From Candidatus Bathyarchaeia archaeon (GTDB taxonomy: Archaea; Thermoproteota; Bathyarchaeia; 40CM-2-53-6): DNA of 64,000 nt. Positions 21,479 through 31,525 of the stretch are shown in pieces. A program made the position numbers and the translations under genes. The DNA is taken from contig DASRSU010000008.1 in assembly GCA_035656295.1 (NCBI GenBank), positions 8,110-72,109 on the forward strand, in the 5' to 3' direction. Numbering within the stretch: position 1 is the first letter of the stretch; every line of letters starts with the position of its first letter. Under the pieces are notes generated by a model. The model saw only the letters and a program-made list of their open reading frames with translations, was not told the origin of the DNA and did no database searches.

Positions 21479-21910
21479 GTGTCTCTCATGAGAGGCCCCT
21501 CATTATCGAGGGTGTCGATTAGGGACTTCACCCCAAGAACCTACGGAGGTAACGATATCGAGAAAAAGATAGTAATTCGGGACAAGCTTCGTTCGAAAAT
21601 AGGCGACCTAGACTCTCTGAGGAATGTCTGCCGAGGGAAGTCCATTTCACTTGAAGTCTGTTTTTATCTATATGGAAAGTCTTTGGTCGAAAGCAGAGCG
21701 AAAAAGGATTTGGACAACTTGCTCAAGATACTATTGGACACGCTGCCAGACTATATGGACCGCGCCAAAACCGTGAGAGGTCTGGGCCTAATTGAGGAGG
21801 ATAACGATTACTTGGTCTTCGAAATTCATGTGATCAAGAAATTTGTAACAAAAGAAGCTGATGCAGGGCTGGACTTGGAAATATTCGAGTGGCGAGCTGA
21901 AAACATGTGA
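21479..21910 (+). CDS. rusA: RusA-like Holliday junction resolvase
   Basis: SLEVCFYLYG...KKDLDNLLKILLDTLPDYMDR...GLIEEDNDYLVFEIHVIKK matches the RusA D..D..K..D(D) pattern. Confidence 0.6.
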   Translation: MSLMRGPSLSRVSIRDFTPRTYGGNDIEKKIVIRDKLRSKIGDLDSLRNVCRGKSISLEVCFYLYGKSLVESRAKKDLDNLLKILLDTLPDYMDRAKTVRGLGLIEEDNDYLVFEIHVIKKFVTKEADAGLDLEIFEWRAENM

Positions 21911-21955
21911 AAAATGGATATTTGTTATGAAGACGGATTTGAACAGTTCTGCTCT

Positions 21956-22489
21956 TCACCTGAGTAGGTCCCAGTTATTCCAACACTTGTCAATTGACTC
22001 GGTCGATACTCTTGCTCGTAGCAATGCCTCTCCCCCTCGCCCCGACCCACGATGCCTAAGTTGAAACTTCTTCCCTAAGGGAAAGCCGGCTTCAAATTTG
22101 ACCAGTCGTCCCTGACAAGTTCCGACGAATTGACTTTGGAATAGTTTCAGGAGTTCTTGGGCGCGAAATACCAGAAAGCCTGTTGGTGGGTGCCCTTCCG
22201 CCAGGACATAGAACATGTCGGGTTGAGTGCTGTCTTCTTTCAAGTGTCTTTGAGAAATGTTGTTGAACCAACTTCCACCAGTTGGATAGATTCTTGATGT
22301 CTTGACCTGAATCTTCCTTAACTTTTGTTCTTTAGTGAGAATAACCAAGTCAACGCCAGTATCAGCCGCAGGACTGTAGACGTTCCCTATCCAACTCTTT
22401 GAGAGCAATTGAGCCATGACGGCATACTCTCCCATTCGCCCCAGCTGTTGGGATCTGCCTCTCCCGCTTACAGTGTCTTCCTCACTCAT
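21956..22489 (-). CDS. PD-(D/E)xK nuclease-superfamily protein (Hjc/restriction-endonuclease-like fold)
   Basis: GRMGEYAVMAQLLSKSWIGNVYSPAADTGVDLVIL...KIQVKTS fits the G..E...x..D-x(n)-D..-(E/Q)xK core. Confidence 0.45.
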   Translation of the reverse strand: MSEEDTVSGRGRSQQLGRMGEYAVMAQLLSKSWIGNVYSPAADTGVDLVILTKEQKLRKIQVKTSRIYPTGGSWFNNISQRHLKEDSTQPDMFYVLAEGHPPTGFLVFRAQELLKLFQSQFVGTCQGRLVKFEAGFPLGKKFQLRHRGSGRGGEALLRARVSTESIDKCWNNWDLLR

Positions 22490-22524
22490 GACAAGGATGA
22501 TGTGGACAAATCTTTATTCTGTTT

Positions 22525-22845
22525 GTGGTACTGCAAGTTCCCATGGAACGAAGAAAGACCGTGAGAAGCAAGTATTGGCACGCTCCTTCAAAGGAGACTC
22601 AAAAATTGGTGGAAGCAGAACGGCGAGAAGGTCTTACACCGTTAGACCCGGAGATTTGTTCGGCAATTCGGAAGTTCGTGCGTAAGGAATTCGGATTCGC
22701 ACGCTTCACAATGCACTATGTAGATGATGGAGGGACAAGAAATTACACCTCATATGTGGTACGTGCCTTGTCCAACAAAGTCAATGCATCGAAGCACTTT
22801 GACCTTCAAATGCAATTCATGTTGAACAGTAAGGGCGTTGACTAG
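22525..22845 (+). CDS. hypothetical protein
   Basis: 106-aa basic ORF; no family recognised. Confidence 0.3.
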   Translation: MVLQVPMERRKTVRSKYWHAPSKETQKLVEAERREGLTPLDPEICSAIRKFVRKEFGFARFTMHYVDDGGTRNYTSYVVRALSNKVNASKHFDLQMQFMLNSKGVD

Positions 22846-23043
22846 GGGTAGGATTCTAACCCGGGCCTAGTAACGCCGCTTTCTAGGAATCAAAGCATCT
22901 GTAGGTGCATTCCTTCGTCCACTTTCCAGAGCAGTCAAGAACTAGTTTGTCTTGCGAATTAAGTTCGCTGTATTCAAACTGACCGCCACACCTATCGCAA
23001 GCGAACTCCACAAGAACCAACATTGGGACGCTGAGCTTCAGAC

Positions 23044-23907
23044 TTATGGTTTCGCTTGAACTGCGCTTCTCTTCAGGACGCTCCAAAGAGTAGCCAGGTT
23101 ATGCTCCCAAGCATCTTTGCCGCCCGTTTCGATGCTTACAACGATCTTCAGAAATTCTTCTACTTCAAGCGGGACAACCCTGTAGTCATTGTCCCTGCCC
23201 ACCGTGACGAGGATCGTCTGTGTTTTTGCCTCAATCTTTGGGGCTATGAAAACGCCTGATACAGATTTGTCTCGATAAGTCTTCCTGGCATCTTCAATAT
23301 GATCAGGAACAGACGCAGCCTCCTGATTCCATTGTGCTCTTCCTCTTAGAAGGGTAGTCTCCACAACATACACGTTGTTGCCCTGAAAAGCCATTATGTC
23401 GGGCAGTTTCTTTCCAGTCTGTTCCGAAATCTTTTGGGCAGGAGTTGGAAGACCCCACTCTCCGGTCTTGCCGTTCCAAACAACATCATCAAACACGGTT
23501 CCTTTGAATACACGTAAGACCCGAAAGACTAATTCTTCCAGCCTTCCTCCAGCAACCCACCGTAGAGTTTTGGGGTCACTTTTCTCGGTCCCATTTTTCC
23601 ATTCCAACCTAGTCTGAAGGTCTGAATCTGCTTTCTTGGTCACAAGTTCCCGAATCCAGAGTGACAATAATTCGACTGTATCTACCTGGGCGGGCAGGCC
23701 CTCTTCTAGGGATATGGAGAACGTTCTATGCTTCGAGTCAGGTCTTATCATCGCTTTGGATATGGCCTGCCCGTCAGCTGGGCGGATTACTTCAATCTCG
23801 TATTCGCTATTCTCATACAGGCTGAAAATGGCGGAACCATCCTCGTTAGCAAATTGAACCGATTCAGGCTGTTGACCGGACTTCTTTGACTTTGACGACA
23901 AATCCAC
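23044..23907 (-). CDS. restriction endonuclease, C-terminal part (putative catalytic domain), GTG-initiated ORF continuing 23864..24751 in another frame
   Basis: 287 aa. The ORF opens right after an in-frame TAA (~23933). The combined length with the upstream ORF (~580 aa) matches AlwI-family enzymes, so a single gene split by a frameshift is likely. Confidence 0.4.
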   Translation of the reverse strand: MDLSSKSKKSGQQPESVQFANEDGSAIFSLYENSEYEIEVIRPADGQAISKAMIRPDSKHRTFSISLEEGLPAQVDTVELLSLWIRELVTKKADSDLQTRLEWKNGTEKSDPKTLRWVAGGRLEELVFRVLRVFKGTVFDDVVWNGKTGEWGLPTPAQKISEQTGKKLPDIMAFQGNNVYVVETTLLRGRAQWNQEAASVPDHIEDARKTYRDKSVSGVFIAPKIEAKTQTILVTVGRDNDYRVVPLEVEEFLKIVVSIETGGKDAWEHNLATLWSVLKRSAVQAKP

Positions 23908-24751
23908 TGGCTGTGCCCGAGGCGGGCTGGAGTTTTATTTCTACCTTCTGAGGTGGGTGATCACGTGATGTATCTCCGAAATATTCGAACCACTCTTCTT
24001 CATCTCTCCAATCGGTTTTGACATCAATCCGCTCGGAAAGGAGTGACTTTACCTCAGGTTCTTTGCCCGGTGTGATGCTAAGCTGTTGCGTCTTTGGGTC
24101 GAACGTGCATAACCCAGTGGCGAGAATGTAGGGTCTAAGATGTTCTTCGTACTCGTGAATACGAGTATATAGCAGGCCGGTAGACTGTTCCTCTTGGTTT
24201 CTGGCGTCCAGCTTGCGGAAGTCCAATATTGCGTTCCTAACCGTGTCCAGTTCACTCTGTTCCGCTGACATGGTTCGCCAAACGAACAGCGCGGATTCTC
24301 TTTCATGAAGTGACCCAAGCTCGGTCAGAAAATAGAGAATAGTTCTGAAAGGAAATAGCTTGATAGATCGGGTGTAAGGAGCCACGTGGCCCTGTGCCTC
24401 ATATGGATTAGGGTATTGCCACTTCAGGAGCTGAAGCCGTAAGACCTCTTCGACTTTTCCATTGACGAAGAGAGCACCCGCAGGCGTAATAGTAAGAAGT
24501 TCTTCTCGCACCCATGCGAGTCCAAAGTACTCAAATGTTGCGAGTATCGCTCTGGAGGAGCGCTCATCAGAGATTTTGGACACAACGAGTTTCTTCTTCT
24601 GAAGGAGTGTCTTGTAGTAGATTTGCTTCGGCCTCCAAGGCTTACCAGCAAAATCTCTCCCTGCGAGAATACTCAGGGCCAGTCGGGTTTTTTCAACATT
24701 AGTCCACCGCTTGTTCGCGTGCCAGTGCGGATAGTCAGGTCTCTTGGGCAC
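23864..24751 (-). CDS. restriction endonuclease, N-terminal part (AlwI/N.BstNBI-family-like)
   Basis: Immediately downstream of and co-directional with the methyltransferase. N-terminal region (...WRPKQIYYKTLL...SRAILATFEYFGLAWVREELLTITPAGALFVNG) resembles the N-terminal region of AlwI-family type IIS enzymes (similarity recalled from memory, not run). It overlaps the next ORF by 44 nt in another frame. Confidence 0.4.
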   Translation of the reverse strand: MPKRPDYPHWHANKRWTNVEKTRLALSILAGRDFAGKPWRPKQIYYKTLLQKKKLVVSKISDERSSRAILATFEYFGLAWVREELLTITPAGALFVNGKVEEVLRLQLLKWQYPNPYEAQGHVAPYTRSIKLFPFRTILYFLTELGSLHERESALFVWRTMSAEQSELDTVRNAILDFRKLDARNQEEQSTGLLYTRIHEYEEHLRPYILATGLCTFDPKTQQLSITPGKEPEVKSLLSERIDVKTDWRDEEEWFEYFGDTSRDHPPQKVEIKLQPASGTASGFVVKVKEVRSTA

Positions 24752-24780
24752 AGAGCGAGCTTGGAGATAGAGTGTTTAAG

Positions 24781-26145
24781 TCACTTTCTGAAAGTCATGA
24801 CCCATTCAGCGGACATCTTCTCAGATGGACGCATATCATGCGGCCGCATCATAAGGACAGACCCGAAGCTGTCAACTCGCGCAAAACCTAGTTCTTCGGC
24901 TATCTGTCCTATGACTGTGTGCGTGGGGACCGGAATTTTCCTAATCAAGTTGTCAGCAATAGCGTAGCAGAAATGCCCCTCATCCACCAAGACTCGCTTG
25001 ATCTCCAACATTGTCTCCCGCATGTCTCGGAAGAATTGATAAACGACGTACGCTCTCTTTTTGTCGATACTCCATAGTTCCTTGAGGATCGAGTCTAGAA
25101 GTTCGTTTCCATATTTCGGCATCTTGGAGTAAAGAGTTGCAGGAGCCTGTTCATTGCCGATATATGCGCGTTTGAGCTCTCCTAGAGGCCCTTTCCAGAA
25201 ACCAAACCAATACAACTGGAGTTGGTGGGCCCGAGGATAATCAACCGCATTCAGATACGGCGGAGATGTCATAACGAGATTTACTGTGCGGTCTGCCAAT
25301 TGAATCATTCTTGCATCTTCGCCGATGATTTGCGCAAGACTTTCCTTGCTGCAGGCCTTAGAGAATGCTATCATCTTAGGAACCAAGACATTGGTCCGTT
25401 CAATGAAGATCTTCTTGGCGTCGATAGCTCTTTTCGTCTTGGCCCTCATATGCCGGCTTATAGCAAGAGCATAGAGGAACTTAGGGTCAGCATTTGAAAC
25501 CTCTTTCAGAATCGAAGATAGAACGACGAGAAAGAATTCACGAACATCTCTATCCTCAATACGCAGAATAGCGGCGTAGATTATCCCTAGATCCTCTAGA
25601 ACATCGCCTCTGAACCAGTAATCTCGGTTAGGAAAGGAGGGGATTTCAGACTGATTGCTTTTGACAATCTCGTTGAACAGTTTGTTCTGTTGACTTCTTA
25701 GCTTGATCTCGTCAAGGGGAGTCGTTTTGACTTTGGCAAGCAGTCTTGCAAGAGGATCTACATCGATCGCGTAAGAATTCCTTGCCCATAGCTTAGCTTC
25801 TACGTTTGTGGTACCACTTCCACAAAAAGGATCAAGAACAACATTTCCTCTTGTCGTGAATTTGTGAATAGCCCATCGGGGAATTTCTGGTATGTACTTA
25901 GCAGGATACTTGTGAAAACCATGGGTGTAGTTTGACCTGTCGAGACTCACAATTGAAAGCAGTTTTCCCTCGAATACTCTCTCGGTCGATATGTCGCCCT
26001 CAATTGTCCCGGTGAGTGTTTGAGCAAACTTACGCCTCTGCTCTTTATCGTCGAATACATACTGGAGTAACCCTCCCCCTGTGGGTTCGTTGTTCTCAGA
26101 CATGAGTCTGGGCCCTAGCGTTTCAAATGGTTTTGTTAGAGCCAT
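24781..26145 (-). CDS. DNA methyltransferase, N6-adenine/N4-cytosine class (N6_N4_Mtase family)
   Basis: HKYPAKYIPEIPRWAIHKFTTRGNVVLDPFCGSGTT (AdoMet motif) and NLVMTSPPYLNAVDY (catalytic S/D-PPY). Confidence 0.85.
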   Translation of the reverse strand: MALTKPFETLGPRLMSENNEPTGGGLLQYVFDDKEQRRKFAQTLTGTIEGDISTERVFEGKLLSIVSLDRSNYTHGFHKYPAKYIPEIPRWAIHKFTTRGNVVLDPFCGSGTTNVEAKLWARNSYAIDVDPLARLLAKVKTTPLDEIKLRSQQNKLFNEIVKSNQSEIPSFPNRDYWFRGDVLEDLGIIYAAILRIEDRDVREFFLVVLSSILKEVSNADPKFLYALAISRHMRAKTKRAIDAKKIFIERTNVLVPKMIAFSKACSKESLAQIIGEDARMIQLADRTVNLVMTSPPYLNAVDYPRAHQLQLYWFGFWKGPLGELKRAYIGNEQAPATLYSKMPKYGNELLDSILKELWSIDKKRAYVVYQFFRDMRETMLEIKRVLVDEGHFCYAIADNLIRKIPVPTHTVIGQIAEELGFARVDSFGSVLMMRPHDMRPSEKMSAEWVMTFRK

Positions 26146-26297
26146 AAAAAGGGACGGTTTACCGAGTCCGCGAGGACTACCATGATTACGCCGTGGAAGT
26201 GAAAACGGTTCTCGTCGCTGGAGAAACTCTCATGGAGATAGGATTCTATCGAAAGTACAGACTCATCCAAACCCGACATCGTATACAAACCAGACAT

Positions 26298-28508
26298 CTA
26301 GCTCGGATAATCCACGATCGTAGCAACGTTCGTAGGATCCGGCTTCTCCAAGCCAATGTTGTACTCGTCACGTCGTTTCTGTGTCTTGCTGGTCGGCATG
26401 TCCAGGAGCATATTCGACAGTGAGACAGGCGTCAATGCCTGGTAATTCGTCAGATCATCCGTCAAGTCCAATTCCGTAACAAATCCTTCACCGGTTCCGA
26501 ATCGGTGTCGGGCCTCCAGTATTCGAAGCGTAGCTACTGTCAGGTTCGCGCTCGGGGCTGTGACTGTGACTTTCTGTCCAGGCAGGACGTCAGGGATTCC
26601 AGGAACGGTTATTGTTCCCCTTAGCACAGCCCTTTGGCTACGGAAGAGTTCTGCCTTTGCCAGGAGTTGGAGCTCGCTGGGCTCACGGATCTTGTGGTTC
26701 ACCAGGTGTGACTCGCGTAATCCGTAGGATGCTATCTTGGTCGAGTTCTTTGCTATGTAGTGGGTTTGTCCATCAATTCTGAATCCGTCAATCCAGACCT
26801 GGCCGGAAGTTTTCGCTTCTACGAACTGGAAGCCGAACTCTATCACGTTGATGTTGTTCCAATTGGGACTGCCAGTCTTGACAAACTGGTCACCATAGGG
26901 CCCTAAGTTATACTCCCACAAATGCCATTCAGTATTCGTGACTGCGTTTTTCGGATTGCTCGGGCCTGCTCCCGCAACCCCCAACGGTAGCGGCTCGCTC
27001 AAGAACCCATCCGTAGCGTATGTTGTCCAACATTTGATCTGGGGAGCATACATTTTCGCAACTGTGCCCGAAGGGTTAGTGTCACATTTCAGATAGATCT
27101 TCAGACGTGGTGGTACGATTCTTCCACCGAGTTTTGTAACGTCTAGCCCGCCGACCGCCGTAAAGCGAATATCGGCCTCGAGACTGCCCGTTGTCGCTCC
27201 AGTCCAAGAAGCAGTTACTGACTGGGCTCCCACCCGGAAGTTTCCCGCACCGACGTCGTACAAGGGGCCCGTCCTCGTGCCTCCAGTAGCTCCAGAGGAA
27301 AAGGCCCAGTTTCCGATCGGGGTAGTCTCAGTCCACGCATCACCGTCCGGAGGCTTGACCGTGATCGACCAGAAATGCACCTGGTTCACGAGATGTTGAA
27401 TGTCGCTGGTGAGAGCATTTGAGATCTGGTCGCGGCCCACGTTGAGCGCGTTCGGATAAGTTGAAGGGTTGGGATCCGTGCCCCAAGCACCGAGGGCTGC
27501 CAAGTGACAATTTTCAGCATTATCAACCCAGAACTCCACTGGTTGAGTACTTGTCCCGCTTGGATCGTTGTTGCTGGTGAGAAGATCACAAAGCTGCTTG
27601 ATGCAGTTGAAGGCAGGTTCTGTCTTGAAAATGATGTAGGTCAAGGCATTGTTTGCGAATGATTGGATGTAGTTTGTAGTCAGTTGGTAGCCTCCAGCAT
27701 TGACGACTGTGATGATATCGCTGACCGCTCCGGTCATGGTGTTGATGCTATTGTTGATCGACTGGCTTCCGTATTCTTTCAACGAGTAGGCGTTCAATAA
27801 TGCCTGGGCCCAGCCTTGACAATGAAGCTTGATCACGTCTCCCCGAGCCGATAGGTCCGGAGACAGTTCCGTGATTGTGCCACCGAAGACTTTGTTCAGA
27901 CTTTTTGTCTGCGTATCATCCTGGATGTATCCATTGTAGACGTAGAGAATGTCGTTGAGATGAAGAGGGGTAGTTACAAGATAGCGGCCGCCCGTGTTGC
28001 GAAGAGCGAAGCTGACGTCGTTCACAGTGTTCGTTGAACAGTTTGCGACTATTGGGTCGACGTCCTGCTTGGTTAGGACGACTGGTGTGAGATTGCAGAT
28101 GGCAACATAGTCGACATTGTTCGTGCCTGCAACGGACTGGTTTCCAAATTTCACCGAGCTGGTAGTCCTGCCGCTTGTCAGAGTGAACATGAAAACCTGG
28201 TAGCTGCTTGTGAGGGCCATAACGAAAGTATCGGTGCTAGCGCCTTCGACCACGGAGCAGGTGAGATTTCCAGATCCCTTTGCCCGGACCACGACGTAGG
28301 GTGACGTCGTGGTGCTGATTGCAGGCAGTGTCTTGTTGAAACCGTTGGCCCCAGTCGTCCCGCTTAGACTGAGAATGTCGCCGTCCGTCGTTGCAGTGAC
28401 GCCTGCATCTGCGGACCAGGCAATGTTGAAATTGTCATCACGGAAAACGCCATAATTGAAGCGCAGAATATCGATCTCTAGTATGGGACGGAGATAGGGC
28501 TGAGGCAT
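26298..28508 (-). CDS. tail fibre / receptor-binding protein (736 aa)
   Basis: Large beta-rich Gly/Thr/Asn-rich protein at the distal end of the morphogenetic block; its N-terminal module is paralogous to that of 28761..29591. Confidence 0.45.
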   Translation of the reverse strand: MPQPYLRPILEIDILRFNYGVFRDDNFNIAWSADAGVTATTDGDILSLSGTTGANGFNKTLPAISTTTSPYVVVRAKGSGNLTCSVVEGASTDTFVMALTSSYQVFMFTLTSGRTTSSVKFGNQSVAGTNNVDYVAICNLTPVVLTKQDVDPIVANCSTNTVNDVSFALRNTGGRYLVTTPLHLNDILYVYNGYIQDDTQTKSLNKVFGGTITELSPDLSARGDVIKLHCQGWAQALLNAYSLKEYGSQSINNSINTMTGAVSDIITVVNAGGYQLTTNYIQSFANNALTYIIFKTEPAFNCIKQLCDLLTSNNDPSGTSTQPVEFWVDNAENCHLAALGAWGTDPNPSTYPNALNVGRDQISNALTSDIQHLVNQVHFWSITVKPPDGDAWTETTPIGNWAFSSGATGGTRTGPLYDVGAGNFRVGAQSVTASWTGATTGSLEADIRFTAVGGLDVTKLGGRIVPPRLKIYLKCDTNPSGTVAKMYAPQIKCWTTYATDGFLSEPLPLGVAGAGPSNPKNAVTNTEWHLWEYNLGPYGDQFVKTGSPNWNNINVIEFGFQFVEAKTSGQVWIDGFRIDGQTHYIAKNSTKIASYGLRESHLVNHKIREPSELQLLAKAELFRSQRAVLRGTITVPGIPDVLPGQKVTVTAPSANLTVATLRILEARHRFGTGEGFVTELDLTDDLTNYQALTPVSLSNMLLDMPTSKTQKRRDEYNIGLEKPDPTNVATIVDYPS

Positions 28509-28760
28509 TTTCGATCAACGTTTATTTTGATGCGAGAATCACGACAGCATAATGACAGACAGGAAAACATGGGAAGGAAAGGCGACTCGACGGAACGAGG
28601 CGAATGACCACTACTTTGAATGGGGGGGTGCTGGAGCGTGGTGAAGAAGACGTAGATTTGCTGCAGATGTTTAGAGAACTGTTCGGAGATCGTTCATGGC
28701 GTGGAGATCCTTGGGCGGGTAGGAAAGTGCGTGTGACTCTTGAGGAGATCCCCTAATGAA

Positions 28761-29591
28761 CTACTGTATTGCTCCAGTTCCTGTGTTTGACTGGAAGCTT
28801 TGCGTACCAGCATTGATGACGTCGACCTTCACCAGCCGCATCTTGTAACCATAGTAACCGACCTTTCCAGGGTCCTGCGTCGGCATCAACTGTTCAATCT
28901 GATATTTCCCAGCTATGCGATCAGAACCGAGCCATTGCCAGTTAGCCTCCAACCAGGTCCCGACTAGCACGTCCCACCACTGGTTGCCACTGTAATTGTT
29001 GGGAGTAGTAGTCGTGATCAGAGTGCCTGCTAGCTCAACCATGGCACTTTGGGAGCCTAGGTCCTGGGTGACTTCTCCTTCACGGGTTGGGATCGGTAGT
29101 TTAACAAGCCACCTTTGCAGTGTCATGTTCATCGGCTGGCTCGCAGCGGGCAAGACCAGGTATTCTTTGAGGAAGAAGATGAAGTCGATCTTGATGCTGG
29201 AGGCGCCGTTCTGGATAAACTTCATCGAGCTCAGCGTCTTGCCAGCTGTTAGGCCTGTACCATCATTCGGCGAGAAAACGTACGTCTTGTAGGTCGCCGT
29301 GTTGATAGTGATTCCGTAGGTCTGGTTTGTAGCGTCCGCGAAAGTGATTGTTACCTGCGCATTCGTACCATCGACGCCGAGAATTTTGATGGCCCAACCC
29401 TTGTACGTGTTGGTAGAGAGAGATCCGGCAATGTTGCTGGATGCCCCGTTAGAGGCGGTCATGCCGCTGATTGTTAGAATGTCCCCGTCGCTACTGACGC
29501 TTACGCCAGCATCCGTAGTCCAGTTGTTCGCGTTGAGCATGTCATCCCGGTAGCCTACTCCTCGAGTAAGTGATACATCCCCAGCAGCCAT
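28761..29591 (-). CDS. tail fibre-like protein (276 aa) sharing its N-terminal module with 26298..28508
   Basis: YRDDMLNANNWTTDAGVSVSSDGDILTISGMTASNGASSNI aligns with FRDDNFNIAWSADAGVTATTDGDILSLSGTTGANGFNKTL. Confidence 0.45.
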   Translation of the reverse strand: MAAGDVSLTRGVGYRDDMLNANNWTTDAGVSVSSDGDILTISGMTASNGASSNIAGSLSTNTYKGWAIKILGVDGTNAQVTITFADATNQTYGITINTATYKTYVFSPNDGTGLTAGKTLSSMKFIQNGASSIKIDFIFFLKEYLVLPAASQPMNMTLQRWLVKLPIPTREGEVTQDLGSQSAMVELAGTLITTTTPNNYSGNQWWDVLVGTWLEANWQWLGSDRIAGKYQIEQLMPTQDPGKVGYYGYKMRLVKVDVINAGTQSFQSNTGTGAIQ

Positions 29592-29593
29592 GT

Positions 29594-30235
29594 CTATCTC
29601 CTGAGACGTTCACGATCGATGAGGATCTCGAGATGCCTCTTGACTGCAGCAGCCGTCTGTTCGGGGTTGCCGGATCCCTGGATTGTGATGTTGGCCGTCA
29701 CGTTGCTTCCACTACTGATCGGGCTCATGTTGTAGGTTCGGACGTCCATGCCTCCTTGTCCTGGACTAGTAGATGGCCCGGAAGGAGTCGTGGTAGTCCC
29801 TCCGCTTCCCCCGGGATTCTTTGAAATGTACTGTGAGAGTCCCCAGGCTGTGAGAGCTGCTACCGCTCCAGCCAAGAGTGCCCATCCTAGTGGACCGGCA
29901 AGAGCATCAGCAACCGCAGTGGCAGCGTTCATAATGTTCTGTGCGGAAGCTGCCGCGAGAATTGCAGGAACAAGTCTTGCCAAGACATTGATCATTGTCC
30001 CAGCAGCTGCAATGAAACCGAAGACTCGATCGAGAGACTGTGCCGTCTTCTTGTCCAGGAGGCCGAACTGTTCGGCTAGATTCGTGACGAAGAGGCCTGT
30101 TCCACCGAGAACTGCGATCGCTCCTCCTAAGGCGCGTACTTTCGACTGGATAGTGTCAGTTACTTGGCTGACATGGTCGATGCCGCGGAAGATGATGCGT
30201 AGATCGTGTACTGCACCGATAGCGCCGAGACTCAT
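29594..30235 (-). CDS. tail-associated Ala/Gly-rich hydrophobic protein (short tape-measure-like?)
   Basis: 213 aa with Ala-rich helices and a Gly/Ser/Thr/Pro linker; position between tail fibres and tail assembly genes. Confidence 0.3.
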   Translation of the reverse strand: MSLGAIGAVHDLRIIFRGIDHVSQVTDTIQSKVRALGGAIAVLGGTGLFVTNLAEQFGLLDKKTAQSLDRVFGFIAAAGTMINVLARLVPAILAAASAQNIMNAATAVADALAGPLGWALLAGAVAALTAWGLSQYISKNPGGSGGTTTTPSGPSTSPGQGGMDVRTYNMSPISSGSNVTANITIQGSGNPEQTAAAVKRHLEILIDRERLRR

Positions 30236-30607
30236 TCTTTACACCGGGCCCATTCGCGTAATCTGGGGCAAGATCGTTCGTTCTGATGAGCGGCCATCTT
30301 CTCAAACTCAGCTTTCACGTCATCACTCGCGGGATCCCAGATGTTCCTCTGACCGCAATATGGACAATCCGGAATTATTGTCAGACTCAATTCATGCTCC
30401 CTCTTTGTCTCATGATATCCTGTTGGGCCGCCTGTTCTCTGGCCGCAGTAGCTTGCAACAAAAGGAGTAAGCCGGCAACCACTTTCTGTGGCGCATTGTC
30501 AACCTGTTCCGGTGTCCAGCCATATTCTCTGCCCATGATGTGGTAGAGCAGGACCTGGTCGACGTCAAAATCCGGCTCGTCCGGAATAGGCGCCGAGCCA
30601 CGGAATC

Positions 30608-30901
30608 CTAGGTCGATAAAAAAGCAGATTCTGACCTGGAAACGTCGTTCAGCTTCATTGTCTCCTCCATCAGTTTACGCATGAGTCCATGTGGGAGATC
30701 CGCCATTTTCTCCTTCGACAAGGTTCCGAGCGGGCTTGTGCTGACGCTGGCTAGAACGAGATCTTCAATGTATTCCGTAGGATCCTTGGCCTTGATGGCT
30801 TTGCGGAGGAGCTCGCGGCCCAGCTTCCAGGAAATAGTGGACACTACGTAGATGCCCGCGTATTGCTCACCGTACTCCTCCTTGTTGATTTCTAATTTCA
30901 T
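30608..30901 (-). CDS. hypothetical virion assembly protein
   Basis: 97 aa; stop/start overlaps 30898..31521. Confidence 0.3.
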   Translation of the reverse strand: MKLEINKEEYGEQYAGIYVVSTISWKLGRELLRKAIKAKDPTEYIEDLVLASVSTSPLGTLSKEKMADLPHGLMRKLMEETMKLNDVSRSESAFLST

Positions 30902-31521
30902 TGTCTCTTCCTAGCTGCACTTTTTTTCGGAACGTATCCTGGAGGCCTTTGCTGCCGAGGTTTACGCGGGCCCGTGCGCTTCTGTCCTGGTTTCTTGACT
31001 GGTTTCTGAGGCTGTGCTGCAGCGGGCTTTGCGGCGATTGTTGCTCCAAGCGCTACTACTCCAGCAGCCACTGACAAGCCGGCTAGTAATCCGAGAATGT
31101 TGAGGCCCGTATCCCCGAGATCTTCCGGCTCGCCACCACCAGTTGATCGTGGAAGCAGCCCATCAAGTACCCGGTCGACCTCCTCCATGATCTGCGGCTC
31201 GATCTCCTGCGCAGCAGGACCTAGGAAAGGTTGGGCAGCCATTCTATTGGTGCCGTACTCAACATAGGTTGCATACTCTGCTTCTGCACGTACCTGGATA
31301 GGTGCAAATGCTTCTTTGACCTCAGACTGCTCGCCGAGCTCAGCGTGAATGCTAGCCATCAAGTGTCCTGTTCTGACTGGTGCGAGTTCCCGGGCCCTCT
31401 CCGCTAATCTCACACCCCCATTCTGGAGAACCTGCTGTACCCGGACAAACATCTCCTGCGGAAGAGTCTGCAAGAGGCGTGAAATGTCACCGCCGTTTTC
31501 GATTTCGACTTGTAAGCTCAC
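30898..31521 (-). CDS. HK97 gp10-like tail/virion morphogenesis protein with basic C-terminal tail
   Basis: ELAPVRTGHLMASIHAEL...TYVEYGTNRMAAQPFLGPA resembles the HK97 gp10 family signature (..TG.L..S......YA.YVE.GT....A.PFL.PA). Confidence 0.45.
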   Translation of the reverse strand: MSLQVEIENGGDISRLLQTLPQEMFVRVQQVLQNGGVRLAERARELAPVRTGHLMASIHAELGEQSEVKEAFAPIQVRAEAEYATYVEYGTNRMAAQPFLGPAAQEIEPQIMEEVDRVLDGLLPRSTGGGEPEDLGDTGLNILGLLAGLSVAAGVVALGATIAAKPAAAQPQKPVKKPGQKRTGPRKPRQQRPPGYVPKKSAARKRQ

Positions 31522-31525
31522 ACTA

